Source of the DNA: Chrysomallon squamiferum
Taxonomy: Eukaryota > Animalia > Mollusca
NCBI GenBank assembly: GCA_012295275.1
Contig: CM022679.1
Span: 31,248,001-31,312,000, forward strand
Length of the DNA stretch: 64,000 nucleotides
Reading direction: 5' to 3'
Shown here in pieces: positions 12,107-25,158 of the stretch. The notes under the pieces are model-generated. The model was given only the letters and a program-made list of their open reading frames with translations, was not told the origin of the DNA and ran no database searches. The position numbers were made by a program, and so were the translations under genes. Within the stretch, counting starts at the first letter, position 1. Each line of letters starts with the position of its first letter.

Positions 12107-15100
12107 CAAACAGCCTCCTCAGACAATGTGTATTATTCAGTTTTTGGAATAAATTTCTAATTCTGTTTTTATGCTGTTTAGAAATTTTCTTTTTCAGGCT
12201 TTCTTAAACTACAACACTGTCCTAAGTTCATCAAATGGCCGAGCGTACGAGAACACTTTAATTGGGTCTGTCCTGTCACTCAGCTGCATTCCCAAGAGTG
12301 AAACAGGACCTTACGATTTCTTTAATAACCCTTCCTCCTACACCAGACAGGAACATGATATCACTGAGTCCAATCTGTGGCAGGTTTGAAATTCTTAACT
12401 TTCTGTTTATGGTTTTGTGTGTTTCTGTGTGTGTGTGTGCCTGGGTTTGTCTGAATATATGTATGCATGTATGAATGTGTGCATGTATATGTCATGTTTG
12501 TCCTGCTGTCTGTCTCAGTTCTGTGAATGTTGTAAATATATTTTTAGACTGTTATTACATTACATAAATTCTATTTATTTTATGTGTCTTTTAATATTTT
12601 TATTTTATTTTTTTATAATTAGTAAAAACCATCATGAATATAATGATTATGAACAAAAAAAAAAATAAGCTTGAAATAAAGAAAGCTGTGATTCAACCAG
12701 ACTTTCTATAGTATTTATCTTTCAGAATTTGCCATAATTTTGACTAAAGTTTATATCAGTAAAAGTTTAGAATATTACACACTTAACTGAAAAATTTTCT
12801 TTAATTTCATGGAAATGATTTTACCTATGATCCTTCAGTTAAAAAAAAATCCAGTGCTCCAAACCATAATTATAAATCATCTCCAGTTTAGAATTATTTT
12901 ATTACCAGCACTGCTGTGTGTCTTTTTCAGCCTCTGTCTTTAATAGGAGAGCGAATACATCATTTATTTATGTCAATAATCCGAATCAGTCCAGATCTCA
13001 GACATCAGGTTATGTCCTGGCTTGCAAGATGTATCCATGCCAACTTCGGTGAGTTTCCTTTCTTCAGTGTTCATTTTAGTATGAAGATGTAATACAGAAT
13101 GTCTATGGTGCCATTTTCATTTCTTAATGTATCAGATCTTTCTGATTTATTACCATGTTTTATTATTAATTAATCCCTGTGGGATTTTGTTTTCATTCCT
13201 GTGTAAGATATCATATCAGGAACATTTCACATTATTGAAAGAAGGCTTATATTAAAATTGAAAATAAAATATTTAAATGTTTGTTTTCTTATTATTTTGT
13301 TTTTAATTTTATTTTAAAAAAGAAAAAAAAGAAACAGCACAAGGTTTGTTTGTTGTATTTTTTTTTTAATGCAATGAAAAAAAACAGCAAATCAAAAGAG
13401 TTGTTTTAATTTTTAACTCTCTTTTATATATTTATTTGTGTTGTTTGTTTGTCCATTCATTCATTCATTGTTTTGTTTTGTTTTTAATTTTTCTTTTTTT
13501 TATAAATTATTATTGTTGTTGTTGTTATTATTATTATTATTATTGTCATTATTTTTTGTTGTTGTTATTGTTACTATTATTATTATTGTTGACTCTGCTA
13601 TTATTAACAAGCAAGATTATTTCACGTCATTTTCATTTTACTCTGTACAACTGCTGGAGGTAAACAAAGTGATACTCACAGCTGTGCTATCCTAAAAAAA
13701 TAAAAAACACTGATATGAATACACTGTAACAGATTTTTATTTTGTTTTCAGGTAGAACAAAGATCTGGTCTAACCAGGTTCCTCAGTTGTTTAATCAGAT
13801 GTACTGCTCTGAGGGATTCAGTCTCAATCTGTGCAGTGTGATGCTTCGTTTGTGCCAACCGTTCGCTGAGCCTCTCTCGCCAAAACTTTTAAAAATTCAG
13901 CCCAGCTACACCGCAGCCAAAGCAGTTGATGAAGAAGATGCCAAAAGAAGGGGAATACATGCCCAGGGTTAGTTTGGTGTTTTAGAATAAATATCAGGAA
14001 TGTGTATTCATTATTGTGAATTTACTTCAGTTGGTTTTTTATACAGACCCCCAGGGCAAGTTTGATGTGGTAGAAAAAATTTGAAAAAATATATTTTTCT
14101 AAATGTTTATTTAAAAAATTAAAATATTTAAAAAAAAAAAGAAGAAAAAGTCTGTTTTGGTTCTTAAATTATTTCTTTCTTTATTGTTACAGTGATGAAA
14201 TAATAAGTGGATCCCATTATTTTTGTTAAAAAGATTTTTGATTAATATATTCAATATCAAGAAGTAACAGGGATTTTTTGTATCATTTTTTTTTTAAATT
14301 CTGTAAGACCCTATAGTTCATTAAAACAGAGAAATTGGAAGATGGAGTGAAAATAATTTTATATTTCATCCAAATTACAAATGTTGATTACATTAATATT
14401 TCACCCAGTTTCACTGTAATATTTGATTGTGTTTTAGGTTTGAGTTCAGCAACCACACTCATTCCATCCCGGAGAATGTGACTCCCCCATCAGACACAGT
14501 CTACACATTCATCACTGAGTGTTTCTTTATGTGTGAGCAGTGTCTTCACCTCGGATTTCACATGGTGCATGACAAGATTCTCAAACTCAATCAAGATTTG
14601 CACAGAGTCCAGAGGTTGTACTCCGAGGTGCGAGAACAGGCAGTCAGCGATGAGGCTGAACCAGTGAGAAGCATCAAGATGCAGATGGATAAAGGTGAGT
14701 TAGAAACTTTTTTATAACAGTCTGAGCACATTGATAACTCTCCATGTTTGTCATCTGTTCCTGCCTACATGTTCAAAGTGTTAATAGTTACGTTATGCAA
14801 GGAAGAACTGTTTTTAACCTTGTATTTCTGTGTTGTGCAAGCATACAGCTGAATGCAATTACAATAACTAATTTGACAGTAATGCATTGTGAGATGTAAT
14901 ATAACCTTTTTATAAATGTACAAATGAATTAGTGTTTCGCAAAGTCCAGATAGTAATAGATATAGAAGCTGCATGTCATACAAGTATATTGTTTAGTTAT
15001 ATTCGTAAAAAAAATTGTTACTCAAAGACCAAAATTATTCATGGGAATAGAAGTAATTTTAATCAAACTAGTTTGGAACTTCACTAACTAAGTGTTGCTG

Positions 15101-17058
15101 TTAAAAAATAAAATATTCTGTTCTTTCTATTCTGCATATGCAATATGAACACCACCACTTTCAAGCACAAACATTGTTAATGAAATAATGATAAGAAACT
15201 GTTTTCTAATTATAGAACTTCTACAGTTTGTCCATTCATCTGGCTGATTATTCATTCATTCATTTATCACCCATCCATCCATCCATCCATAGATCCATCC
15301 ATAGATCCATCTACCCATCCATACAACTGTGGTTTGTTCATTTTCAGGTATGACACTGTTCCTAAGCATGAAGGCTGCTCTCACAGAACCTAAGCTGATG
15401 GAGATGAGTTTGAACTTTCACCTCGCCACAGCAACCTGGCTGACGCAGGTTGCAGTTCACCGAGACGTCACGCAGTTCAGAGTGATCACGTTCCCTCTGC
15501 CTGACGACGTGCCCGATGCTGTATGCTACATACCTGAGTTCATCATGGGCAACATCACAGACTTTGTCCTCTTCTGTCACAGGTTCAAAGACGACATGTT
15601 CGAAGTGAGTTCAGTAAACTAGCAAAATGAATTTAAAAAAAATGATGAATGTATAATAAGAACAAATGAATGATATATATATATATATATATATATACTA
15701 AGGAACATATTTGAACGATATGAATATTTATTAAACAACAAATGAATGATATGAATATTTGTTAAGGAATAAATGAATCATATGAACATTTAATAAGGAA
15801 CATATGAAAGGTATGAATGTTTAATAAGGAAAAATGAATGATAGAAATTTAACAAGTAACAAATATATGATAGGAATGATGAACAAATAAATGAATGAAC
15901 ATTTGATTAATAACGTCTTAATTCATTTTACTAGCAATACAGTTTTTTAACCATATTTTGTAGCATTTTTTTTAGCTATTAATATTTTTTAGCTCAGTTG
16001 GTTATATTTTATTACTCAGTTGGTTACTATATATTTATTTTTCTCCATTTTATGCAAACTGAACTATCTACAACATAAAAGTTAACATGAATTGCACTAT
16101 TTTACAAACATTCAGAGACAGATGAACGAAATTACAACATAAAAAGTTAACATGAATTGAACTCTCTGTAATCGAAACAGTTCTGTGAGCTGTGTATTTC
16201 ACATGCACACTGCTATGAGCTGTGTACTACACATGCACACTGCTATGAGCTGTGTATTACATGCACATTGCTATGAGCTGTGTACTATGACTATGAGCTG
16301 TGTATTACACACACACTGCTATGAGCTGTGTATTACACTCTGCTGATTTGTTTCAGCTGGCAGGAGGCAGAGTGGAACACCTGATGACGCTGATACTTGT
16401 GTTCATGGGAAGTCCACAGCGAATGAAGAACCCGCACCTCCGAGCAGAGTTTGCCGACATGTTGTCAGCTTTGATGCCACAAAACCCAACCACTGCCCCT
16501 TCAGCAGTGGGTTTGTTGTCAAGGTGGGTGAAGTTTTTAAAATATTATAATTAGATTTTTAGCAATCAAGACAACAGTTTAAAAGGTTGCATATTATAAA
16601 TTAATCTGATAAAAGGAGAAGTAGTTTATTTAATTTTTTAATACTGTGTTGCTTCCTAAATTATTGTTCATATTATTAGATTGTTGGTCATTACTGTTAT
16701 TTTATTATTATTATTATCAGTAGTAATAGTAATAATAGTATTAGTGGTGGTGCTAATAATAAAACAGCATGATAGTTTTTGTTAAATTATTATAATTATT
16801 ACCACTTAGGTTGTTTTTGTTTCATTATGATAATGGTCAGTTCATTTTATTCATCAGTCCATCAGTGATCCTCCTAAATTACATTTGTAGTTGATACTGT
16901 TGTTGCTAATGTTGCTTCTGCTATTACTTTTATTTCAGAATTTAAAATGTAATTTTTATTTTTTTATTTCTAAAAGAACAGTAGTAGGAACAACAACAAT
17001 AATAAAACATTTTTTTTTTTTAATTAGTGATTTAGTTAGAATGATTTTTTTAATTATT

Positions 17059-17099
<41 letters not shown>

Positions 17100-18919
17100 T
17101 TACAATGATTAATGTGTTTACCCCAGATTTCACAGGGAGCAGTTGTTTGTGAAACACCCACTGATCAGTCACTTAGCAGAGACGTTGCTGCACGTGTTTG
17201 TCAGTATAGAGATGACGGGACAGAGTGTCGAGTTTGAGCAGAAGTTCAACTACAGGAGACCCATGTACATCGTCCTCGAGTACATCTGGGAGATCGACTT
17301 GCACAAACAAGCAATCATGGTAATGTTTGTAATCAGCAAACATATTTCATAATTCCTGTACTTAACACATAAATATATTTTATAGACTTTCCAAGAAGAT
17401 TCAGTAGGAGTAAGTTTGTAATAAGTCAGTCCCAATTTATAATTTCTTAAAATCCTTCACTTTATGCTTATAATCAGTAGACTTATTTTGTAAATCATTA
17501 AAAGTCTTGTACTTAATACAGAAATATATTTTACACACATTCCAAGAAGATGAACAGTCCAGATTTATAATTTGTTAATATCCTCTTTTCACATAGAAAA
17601 AGCTATCATCTTATGTTTATAATCAGCAAAGTCATTAAAAGTTCTGTACTTAATGCTTAAATACATTTTACACTTTTTCCAAGATGTGGCAGTGGAAGTG
17701 TTTGTAATCAATCAATCCAGAGTTATAATTTGTTAATATTCTCACTTAATCAGTTAATATAATAAAAAAAACTACCATGGTATTCAGACAATCAGCAAAC
17801 CTACTTTATAAATTAGTAAAGATGCTTTGTGTATATATACACTTCAATTGTAATTCTTAATTGTATAAAATGTATTTCATTACATGTTAAACAGATAGTG
17901 TGTCTTTGTTACCAGTCAAAGCAATATAGATATGTTTGAGCACATTTCTGTAATTTTATATTTTATATTTCATTTCAGACACTGGCTGCTGAAGCTGAAG
18001 CCAATATGGAGGCAACTGATGCTCCATTGTTTCTCCGTTTCATCAATCTTCTCATTAATGACGCCATCTTCCTTCTTGATGAGGCTCTGTCTGTATGTAA
18101 ACATTACTTTTATCACACATATATCATTATGTATTAAGTGTTCCCTTAACAGCAAGTTCTCTGTGATTTGTAATTCAATCAGCAGATACGTTTCTGTCAG
18201 TGGAAAGCTGTATCTGAAGATTCCTTGTTGTTAATTTTGTTCACCTTGTATATGAATATACGTCAAATGTGAAAAGAAATCACATGCATAAAAAAAAAAA
18301 AAATTTAAACACATTCTAAGAATTTTTGTTCCAACCTAATATTTGTTTTTGTTCATTCATTTACTTAATCATATATTTATTTATCGACTAATCATTTTTA
18401 ATCTTTTTTTTTTTTTTTACCTACTTATTTATTTATTCATTCATATTTTAATTTTTCATTCAGTTTTCCTTTTAATCATTTATATTTTTATTCATTCGTA
18501 TATCACAGTTTTATTTGCTACTTTTACTTAATTATCTATTATTTATTCATTTGTTTATTTTTTCCTATCACTTATTAACTTATTCATTTACTCCTATCAT
18601 TTATTAACAAAGTTATTGATGCATTGACACAGTACATGAGTCAGATTAAGGAGAAGCAGCAGGAGAAGGAGCGAGGAGACTGGGAGCAGCAGGATGCCCG
18701 ACAGAGACAGGAGACAGAGATGAACTTCCGCCACCTCGGCCTGCTCGCCAGGTACCACAACGTCATGGCCAACTACACCATCCACGCACTGGAGCTATTG
18801 ACCACGTCGATCAAGTCCATCTTCTGTCACAACACCATGGTGGATCGCATCACCGGCATGCTCAATTACTTCTTACTGCATCTTGTACGTTTTCTGTTTT
18901 TTCAGTTTATTAATTGTTG

Positions 18920-19005
<86 letters not shown>

Positions 19006-19918
19006 GTTGTTGTTGTTATTGTCACTGTTATTATTGTTATTCTTTTTAATGTTCTTTTTATACTGCTCTCATTTACATAGTCTGTTTACTGTCTACTATA
19101 TTTTGGAGTTTTTCTTTTCATATTTGTTCCATTACAATTTTGCTACCACAATTGTTGTGTCTGTTGTTGTGTTGTTTTGGGAGGGGTATGTTTTTGTTTC
19201 TCCTTGTAGTATTTTAATGAAAATTAAGAATAATGCAGTACCAAAAATTAATACATTAAATTCGGCGTATTTTGTTACAAGTCTGTATCATTCTTGATTA
19301 GTGACTTAAAAATTTATCTTTTTATTTTTTTATTTTTTTATCTTTGGTTTCTTACAAATTTCACTTCTTTTTTCTTCTTTTTTTTTTTTATATATATATA
19401 TATATATATTTATTATATAATTTTAAATATTTTTTCTTTGTCAGGTGATCTTTATTTATTTATTTAATTATTATTAAGAATATCCTTAAAACTTGATATA
19501 TTTCAATTAATCATGTTTTTTTTGTTTTTTTTCAGGTTGGTCCTAAACAAAAAAATTTCAGCGTGAAAGACAAGAATGAGTATGAGTTTAAGCCACATCA
19601 AATAGTGCTGGACATTATAAAGATTTATCTCAACCTGGGCGACAGTGAAAGTTTCTGTACCGCAGTCACTCACGATGGACGTTCTTACTCTCCTGACCTG
19701 TTTGATAAAGCTGTGCAGGTGTTAGGGAAAATCTCAAATTCACCACAGATCACTAGTGATTTCCTAGCCCTTGATGATAAAATCAGAGTAAGATGATTTT
19801 TATTTTAAAAATTCTGATTTTAATTTTTTTTTTTTTAATTCTAATTCTAATTTTAATTTTTTTTTTTTTTTTTTTTTTTTAATTTAAATTTAAATTTTTA
19901 ATTTTTAATTTTAATTTT

Positions 19919-19957
<39 letters not shown>

Positions 19958-20862
19958 TTTTTAATTTTTTTTTTTTTAATTATTATTCCTTTATTTTTAT
20001 TTATTATTTAATTCTATTATTTTTATTGTTTTTTTTTTTTTTTTTTCCCTTCTGAATGATATATACAAGTCAGTAGTTAAAAATATTTATTCACATACTA
20101 TTTTATTATCACTCTCTTACATAAAGTTTGTGATAATTTTCCAAGAAGTACTTTATTTCTATTAAACAAATTACTGTTCAGACAATGGCGGAGGAGCGCA
20201 GAGAGGAGGAAGACATGATGGCTGATGCTCCTGAAGAGTTTCTGGATCCTCTCCTGGGAACTCTGATGAGAGACCCTGTCCTCCTCCCCACATCAAAGAA
20301 ACTCATCGACCGATCTGTGATAGCGAGACACATTCTGAGGTAATTTGTTAATAAACAGGTTTAGTAATAACATTACATCACAGACACATATAAAACACTT
20401 CTCAGTCTCAATCACAGATACGTCAAAAAAAAAAAAAAAAAATCTACATCATTATAATTGAAATCAGATAGCATTATTGCTGTTAAAAATTTGAATACGG
20501 ATGTCAAAACACTTTCCTTAAACAGATTTAAATTTCATTTTTATCCATAGCAACAGAGCTGCATTGTACTAATTTTTTTTTTTTTTTTAAAGTCTAGTAG
20601 CATCCATAAATAGTTTTTTTTAAAGTCATAAATAATTATTTTCTATCTGCTTTTAGAGTTTATAATATGTAATATAAAATAAACTTTGTGATTATCTCAG
20701 TGTCTATCACAGTGTATTTATTATTTCAGTGACCAGTCTGACCCCTTCAACCGGCAGCCACTGAGCATGGACATGGTCATCCCAGACACTGAAATGAAGC
20801 AGAAAATCGATGACTGGATAGCAGAAATGAAGAAAAAATTGCGATCAGCGTCATCATCATGA
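8802..20862 (+). CDS. UBE4A: Ubiquitin conjugation factor E4 A (Ufd2 core plus C-terminal U-box), ~1060 aa; exons 8802-8931, 9159-9278, 9724-9827, 10196-10360, 10859-11009, 11469-11677, 12198-12383, 12931-13048, 13752-13967, 14438-14694 (1-nt frameshift near 14468), 15348-15604, 16357-16523, 17127-17319, 17979-18092, 18633-18884, 19536-19787, 20182-20339, 20730-20862
   Basis: UBE4A-type N-terminal NPFAALF. Ufd2 motifs [67 protein letters not shown] and DGRSYS. U-box [49 protein letters not shown]. All introns are GT-AG. The exons sum to 3182 nt, one base short of a multiple of 3, consistent with the single frameshift. Confidence 0.96.
15628..15900. repeat. Degenerate ~30-bp intronic tandem repeat (AAGGAACAAATGAATGATATGAATATTT-like)
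   Basis: Repeated AATGAATGATATGAA / TAAGGAA units start just after the UBE4A exon 11 donor. Confidence 0.7.
16186..16344. repeat. Minisatellite, about six copies of a 20-30-bp unit TGAGCTGTGTA(T/C)TACACATGCACACTGCTA
   Basis: TGAGCTGTGTA is seen six times, and the array ends just before the UBE4A exon 12 acceptor (16356). Confidence 0.9.
17309..17805. repeat. Old diverged tandem repeat (~140-170-bp unit, 3 full copies plus 1 partial) beginning at the UBE4A exon 13 donor
   Basis: The blocks TAATCAG, TGTACTTAA, TTCCAAGA and TTATAATTT recur in the same order three times. Confidence 0.75.
18914..19040. repeat. (TTG/TTA)n trinucleotide microsatellite in UBE4A intron 15
   Basis: Directly visible; source of the poly-Y/I/L pseudo-ORFs. 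Confidence 0.95.
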
Positions 20863-21096
20863 CCAAAATTTTTAACTTAATAATATTTATTTTTCTCACT
20901 CTCTGCTCCAAGTTTTGCAACTGTGGAATTCAGCAAGTTTTATCTAAGACATTTGAATAACAGGAGAACCTTTTGACAAATTGGGGAATTTTAACTGGCG
21001 TAAATAATAGCTTATGGAGAAAATGTAGACTAAATGTTAGTGGTGATAAAAAAAAAATGTAGACAGCAAAAGTAGAATGAATGTCTGTGATTTGTG

Positions 21097-21102
21097 AATA
21101 AA
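21097..21102 (+). promoter_or_regulatory. Candidate UBE4A polyadenylation signal (alternative at 21712-21717)
   Basis: First AATAAA seen after the stop codon, followed by T/GT-rich sequence. AATAAA is common in AT-rich DNA, so this is weak. Confidence 0.4.
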
Positions 21103-21735
21103 CTTTTGATATTTGTCCATAGAATTGGCACTGAGGGAATGTTTGCTCAAAATCAAATTTTATTTAATTTGTATGTGACAAAAAATCTTACTGCATATAT
21201 AAGTATTCAAATAAACAATCATATAGTATTTACATAAGAGAATTAGACAACATGCTGCAATTATATTAAATATAAAAAGTTTTGTTACTGTTTTAACCAG
21301 GTGAAATGCAGATAAACTTACAGCTATAAACTCTTCTGGGAAATAATATTTTAAAAATAAACACAAATGGGAGATGCATATTAGTTTTATTATTTCTAAA
21401 TTTCTAATCACTGGCAACTGGTTGATCAGCTAAAAGAATAATTCAAAAACTAATCAGATATTGCTATGATATTTATTGCAATGAAAGTAAATTGGCATAA
21501 ATTTAATTAAATAATAGAAGAAAAGAGATGTATATATATATATATATATATATACATTACTAGCAAAATAATTATTGTTTCCTACATTTGTTTATACTTA
21601 GTGAATTAATCTGTTAAATGGACTGATATTTTATAATCGCCGGCTTTTTCTGGTTGATTGTATTTGTTTTCTATCACTTGACAAATCTTGTGTAGGCTGT
21701 TGTGTAATGATAATAAAATATTTAAATTAAACTGC

Positions 21736-21771
<36 letters not shown>

Positions 21772-23326
21772 TGTTTCTGTTGCTACTACTTCTCGTACTA
21801 TTAATATAATAATTTTTGAAATTATATTTCTTGTATTTCTATGCAAAAAAAAATGTTTTCAACTAGTGAATGCTTCGAATTAATACTTACCTAAATCCAA
21901 AAAATAACATAGAAAATTACCAAACAAAATTGTTAAAAAGACAGCTACATAAATATTTTTTTTTTTGCTATATTTTTTTTATATATTTTTGCGATTACTA
22001 TTACTGATACTATTAATTAATATTATAATTAATATAATCATTTTAAATATAATAATAATTGTGTACACAAAATGATTTCAACTTCTAATAATGCATTCCT
22101 AAACCAAATTTAATAATATCCGAAAAAAAAATTGTCAAAGCAAAAATATTGAAAAGACTGAGCCACCTTATACTATTATACTATAATAAAATATATAATC
22201 TTTTGTTATTATTACTACTACTGCTATTACTGCCAATACTAATAAAACTAACCTTTTCTTCCTTTTGTTTGTTTCGCTGTCTTGTGATTGTTATTGTTGT
22301 TACATTATGAGACATACAAAATATCTTGCTTTGATGTAAAATCGCGCACGTTATAGCGTATACGAACACCTTGAAACAAAGTATCTTGTAATTTAGCACC
22401 AAATACAATAAGCAGTTTATACATTATTTTGTGTTTTTATTGTTAATGTTTAACAAATAAATGACCCTTAAATATTAAACAGATGTCAGTGTGTTATTTG
22501 TTTGTCTGCTTTGTTTGCTTGCTTATTTAATAATTTATCTAATTTCAACTGTTCTGTCATTAAAACGGATTAGCAGTAAGCGATCTTTTATATGCACCTT
22601 CCCATAGACGAAAAAAAAAAAAAAAACATGGCTGGAAACTAGAATAGTTCACTTTCCGTCGGACTAACGCTGTTACTTTGTCAACAGCTACTGCCTTATT
22701 TTTATCATGATTCTATGTATTTTTACATTTTAGTTTGTTGTTGTCAAAGGATTAAAACCACGTTTACTGTGTTTTCCTTTCAGAATACTTTATTTTATGT
22801 TTATTTTTTTCATTTAATTCTTTCCTTTCTCTGGCTTTGAACATGGGGGTTTTTTTTACGATTGTGTCTGGTAAAAACATCGCAGTACTAAAAGAGGAGA
22901 GAGGCGATACTAAATGCCAAAGGCGCCTTTTTAATTTTCGATTAACGGAGCGAAGCGAGTGTGTCCAGGCTTCGTAGGGATAGATTTATCGTATCCGTGA
23001 CCGAACACCGTTTTTCTCATCCAGTCCGAATATTTTGTCCAGTTAGAATTTCACAATGCGATCGTAAAAATGACAAACTGACATTTGTCATTGTGGGTAT
23101 TCGTTATTTATTTATATTTTAAATGATATTTTGGGGTAAATAATGAGCTGATGTGTATGATAATACATTCAGAGTCGGAATGTTCTCAGTATGTTTTTTG
23201 TTTACAGAGTAAGTAAGTAAGTTATATTAACATATGTTGAAGTAGTTTTAGTCGATAAATCTTTAGTGACGTGAGAATGGTTATTTTGTTCTTTATTATC
23301 CTTTTTATTTTACACACACACAGAGA

Positions 23327-23330
<4 letters not shown>

Positions 23331-23406
<76 letters not shown>

Positions 23407-23418
23407 CCTCCCTCTCTC
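23331..23418. repeat. (TC)n microsatellite
   Basis: Directly visible. Confidence 0.95.
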
Positions 23419-23938
23419 CTGAGTCTAATCTGTATTAACAATTTCTATAACAAATTACAAGTATGCCAAGTCAATATCCATCGAGGACTGAAAAATAGCT
23501 TTATAATTATGACACACAAGGGGAGGAAAGATAAAATGATAAAATAAAAACGGTTATTTCATTTAATAAATAAACAATCAAACAAACAAACAAATAAATA
23601 AATAAATAAATTCAGATAAAAACTAAAGAGACTAACAGAATGAGAGAGAGAGAAAGAGACTAAATAACTATCTCTCACCACAATCACCACCAGGACGAGG
23701 CCAAGCTCTTTTTGTAACCGCAAATAAATAGACTCACACATCATCTTGAAGATGGATGTAGTTAAAATAGTTAACTGCCTAAAATGCTTTCATGACAGAA
23801 TCATAAAAGAAGAGGGATGATAAATTGAAAACGTCAATCTCTTTGTGTAATTTATCTAACCACAAACGATAAGCGACATTTCGCGAAAAGATAAACAATT
23901 ATAAGTCACGGAGAATGTTTCTTTCAGAAAATTCAAGC

Positions 23939-24096
23939 CAGAAGCGGACCCAGGGGGAAGGGGGGGAAGGGGGTGTCGCTTACATGCTCCTTTGGAGAGT
24001 TAATAAAACCTACAAGCTGATGCTAGTTGTTTGAAGTTATAGATGTGTAAAGGTGTTTTTTGTTGTTGTTATTGTTGTTGGGTTTTGGGGTTTTTT

Positions 24097-24136
<40 letters not shown>

Positions 24137-24508
24137 TTTGTTGTTTTTTATTTTTTTTTTTTTTTATTTTCGTCTGTCATTTTTGGGATTTCAGTGTTAA
24201 TTTTGTTTTTAGTTATTTGTTTTGGGTCATTTTTCTTATTTATTTATTTTTATATATACATATATATATATAATTTTTATCTAAATTTTGTTTTTATTTA
24301 TTTTGAAACAACTGATTTTTGCTCGGGTAGACAATGAGTTTTGTTGCAATGTTAATCGTATGTAATAATAATCAACATCATCATATAAATAATAATAAAT
24401 GCTTCGAATGTCCAGTAATTTAAAGTTAGTTTTAAAACATTTTATGATCATGAACAGGGTGGGATCCCAAACTCCTCGATTCCCTTACCCCAGCTAGAAC
24501 CGCGCCCG
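23939..24508. mobile_element. Possible degenerate MITE bounded by GCGGA-type terminal inverted repeats
   Basis: Left end CAGAAGCGGACCCAG followed by G-runs; right end C-rich then CTAGAACCGCGCCCG. The ends match each other 9/15 as inverted repeats, and each matches a CAGGCGCGGATCCAG consensus 12/15. The interior is AT-rich and no TSD was resolved. Confidence 0.3.
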
Positions 24509-25020
24509 ACATTTTGAAATGTAATACTATTTTCTACACACCTGATTAAAGGTCAGTCACATTATGATGAAGTTACGGGTCGCAAGTCATTATCTTTACG
24601 CTGATCCTTCTTTTTATTCCCGTGATTACGGGAGACCCCGGTCCCTGGCCCCGCCCATACACACATACACGCCCACTTTCCATTTGATAAAGATTTTAAC
24701 GCTGTGATCACAAAAGGTTTTCTAGTAAAAATTGACCCTAGATGTTGAAAAATTGTGACACCTGATAAGGCGTCGTTTGTAGTCGAGTGACAAGGTTTTA
24801 ATTAGAAATATATTTCGCGTTTATCAGGAGACGCTAAAATAGACCACTTATTTCTGTTACAGCTGAGACAGACGTATGGAAATATGAGCTTGATAAAAAA
24901 AAAAAAAATTGACATTGGTGAAAATTACGATTATAATTATCATTAATCTTCATCACAAAGAGCGAGACAGAGGGACAGACATTCAGGCAAAGACAGAGAG
25001 AGATAGGCTGAGATACAGAG

Positions 25021-25158
<138 letters not shown>

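Noticed and set aside
14461-14481. Programmed -1 ribosomal frameshift in UBE4A
   Set aside because: No X_XXY_YYZ slippery site and no known precedent in this family; a missing C in a homopolymer is simpler.
16186-16344. Short direct repeats superficially like a CRISPR array
   Set aside because: The spacers are variants of one another, the context is a eukaryotic intron, and there are no cas genes. It is a minisatellite.
18883-19297. Poly-L/I/Y hydrophobic ORFs resembling membrane or signal peptides (also at 13436, 16891, 30513, 38706)
   Set aside because: (TTA)n repeats and T-rich intronic or intergenic sequence.
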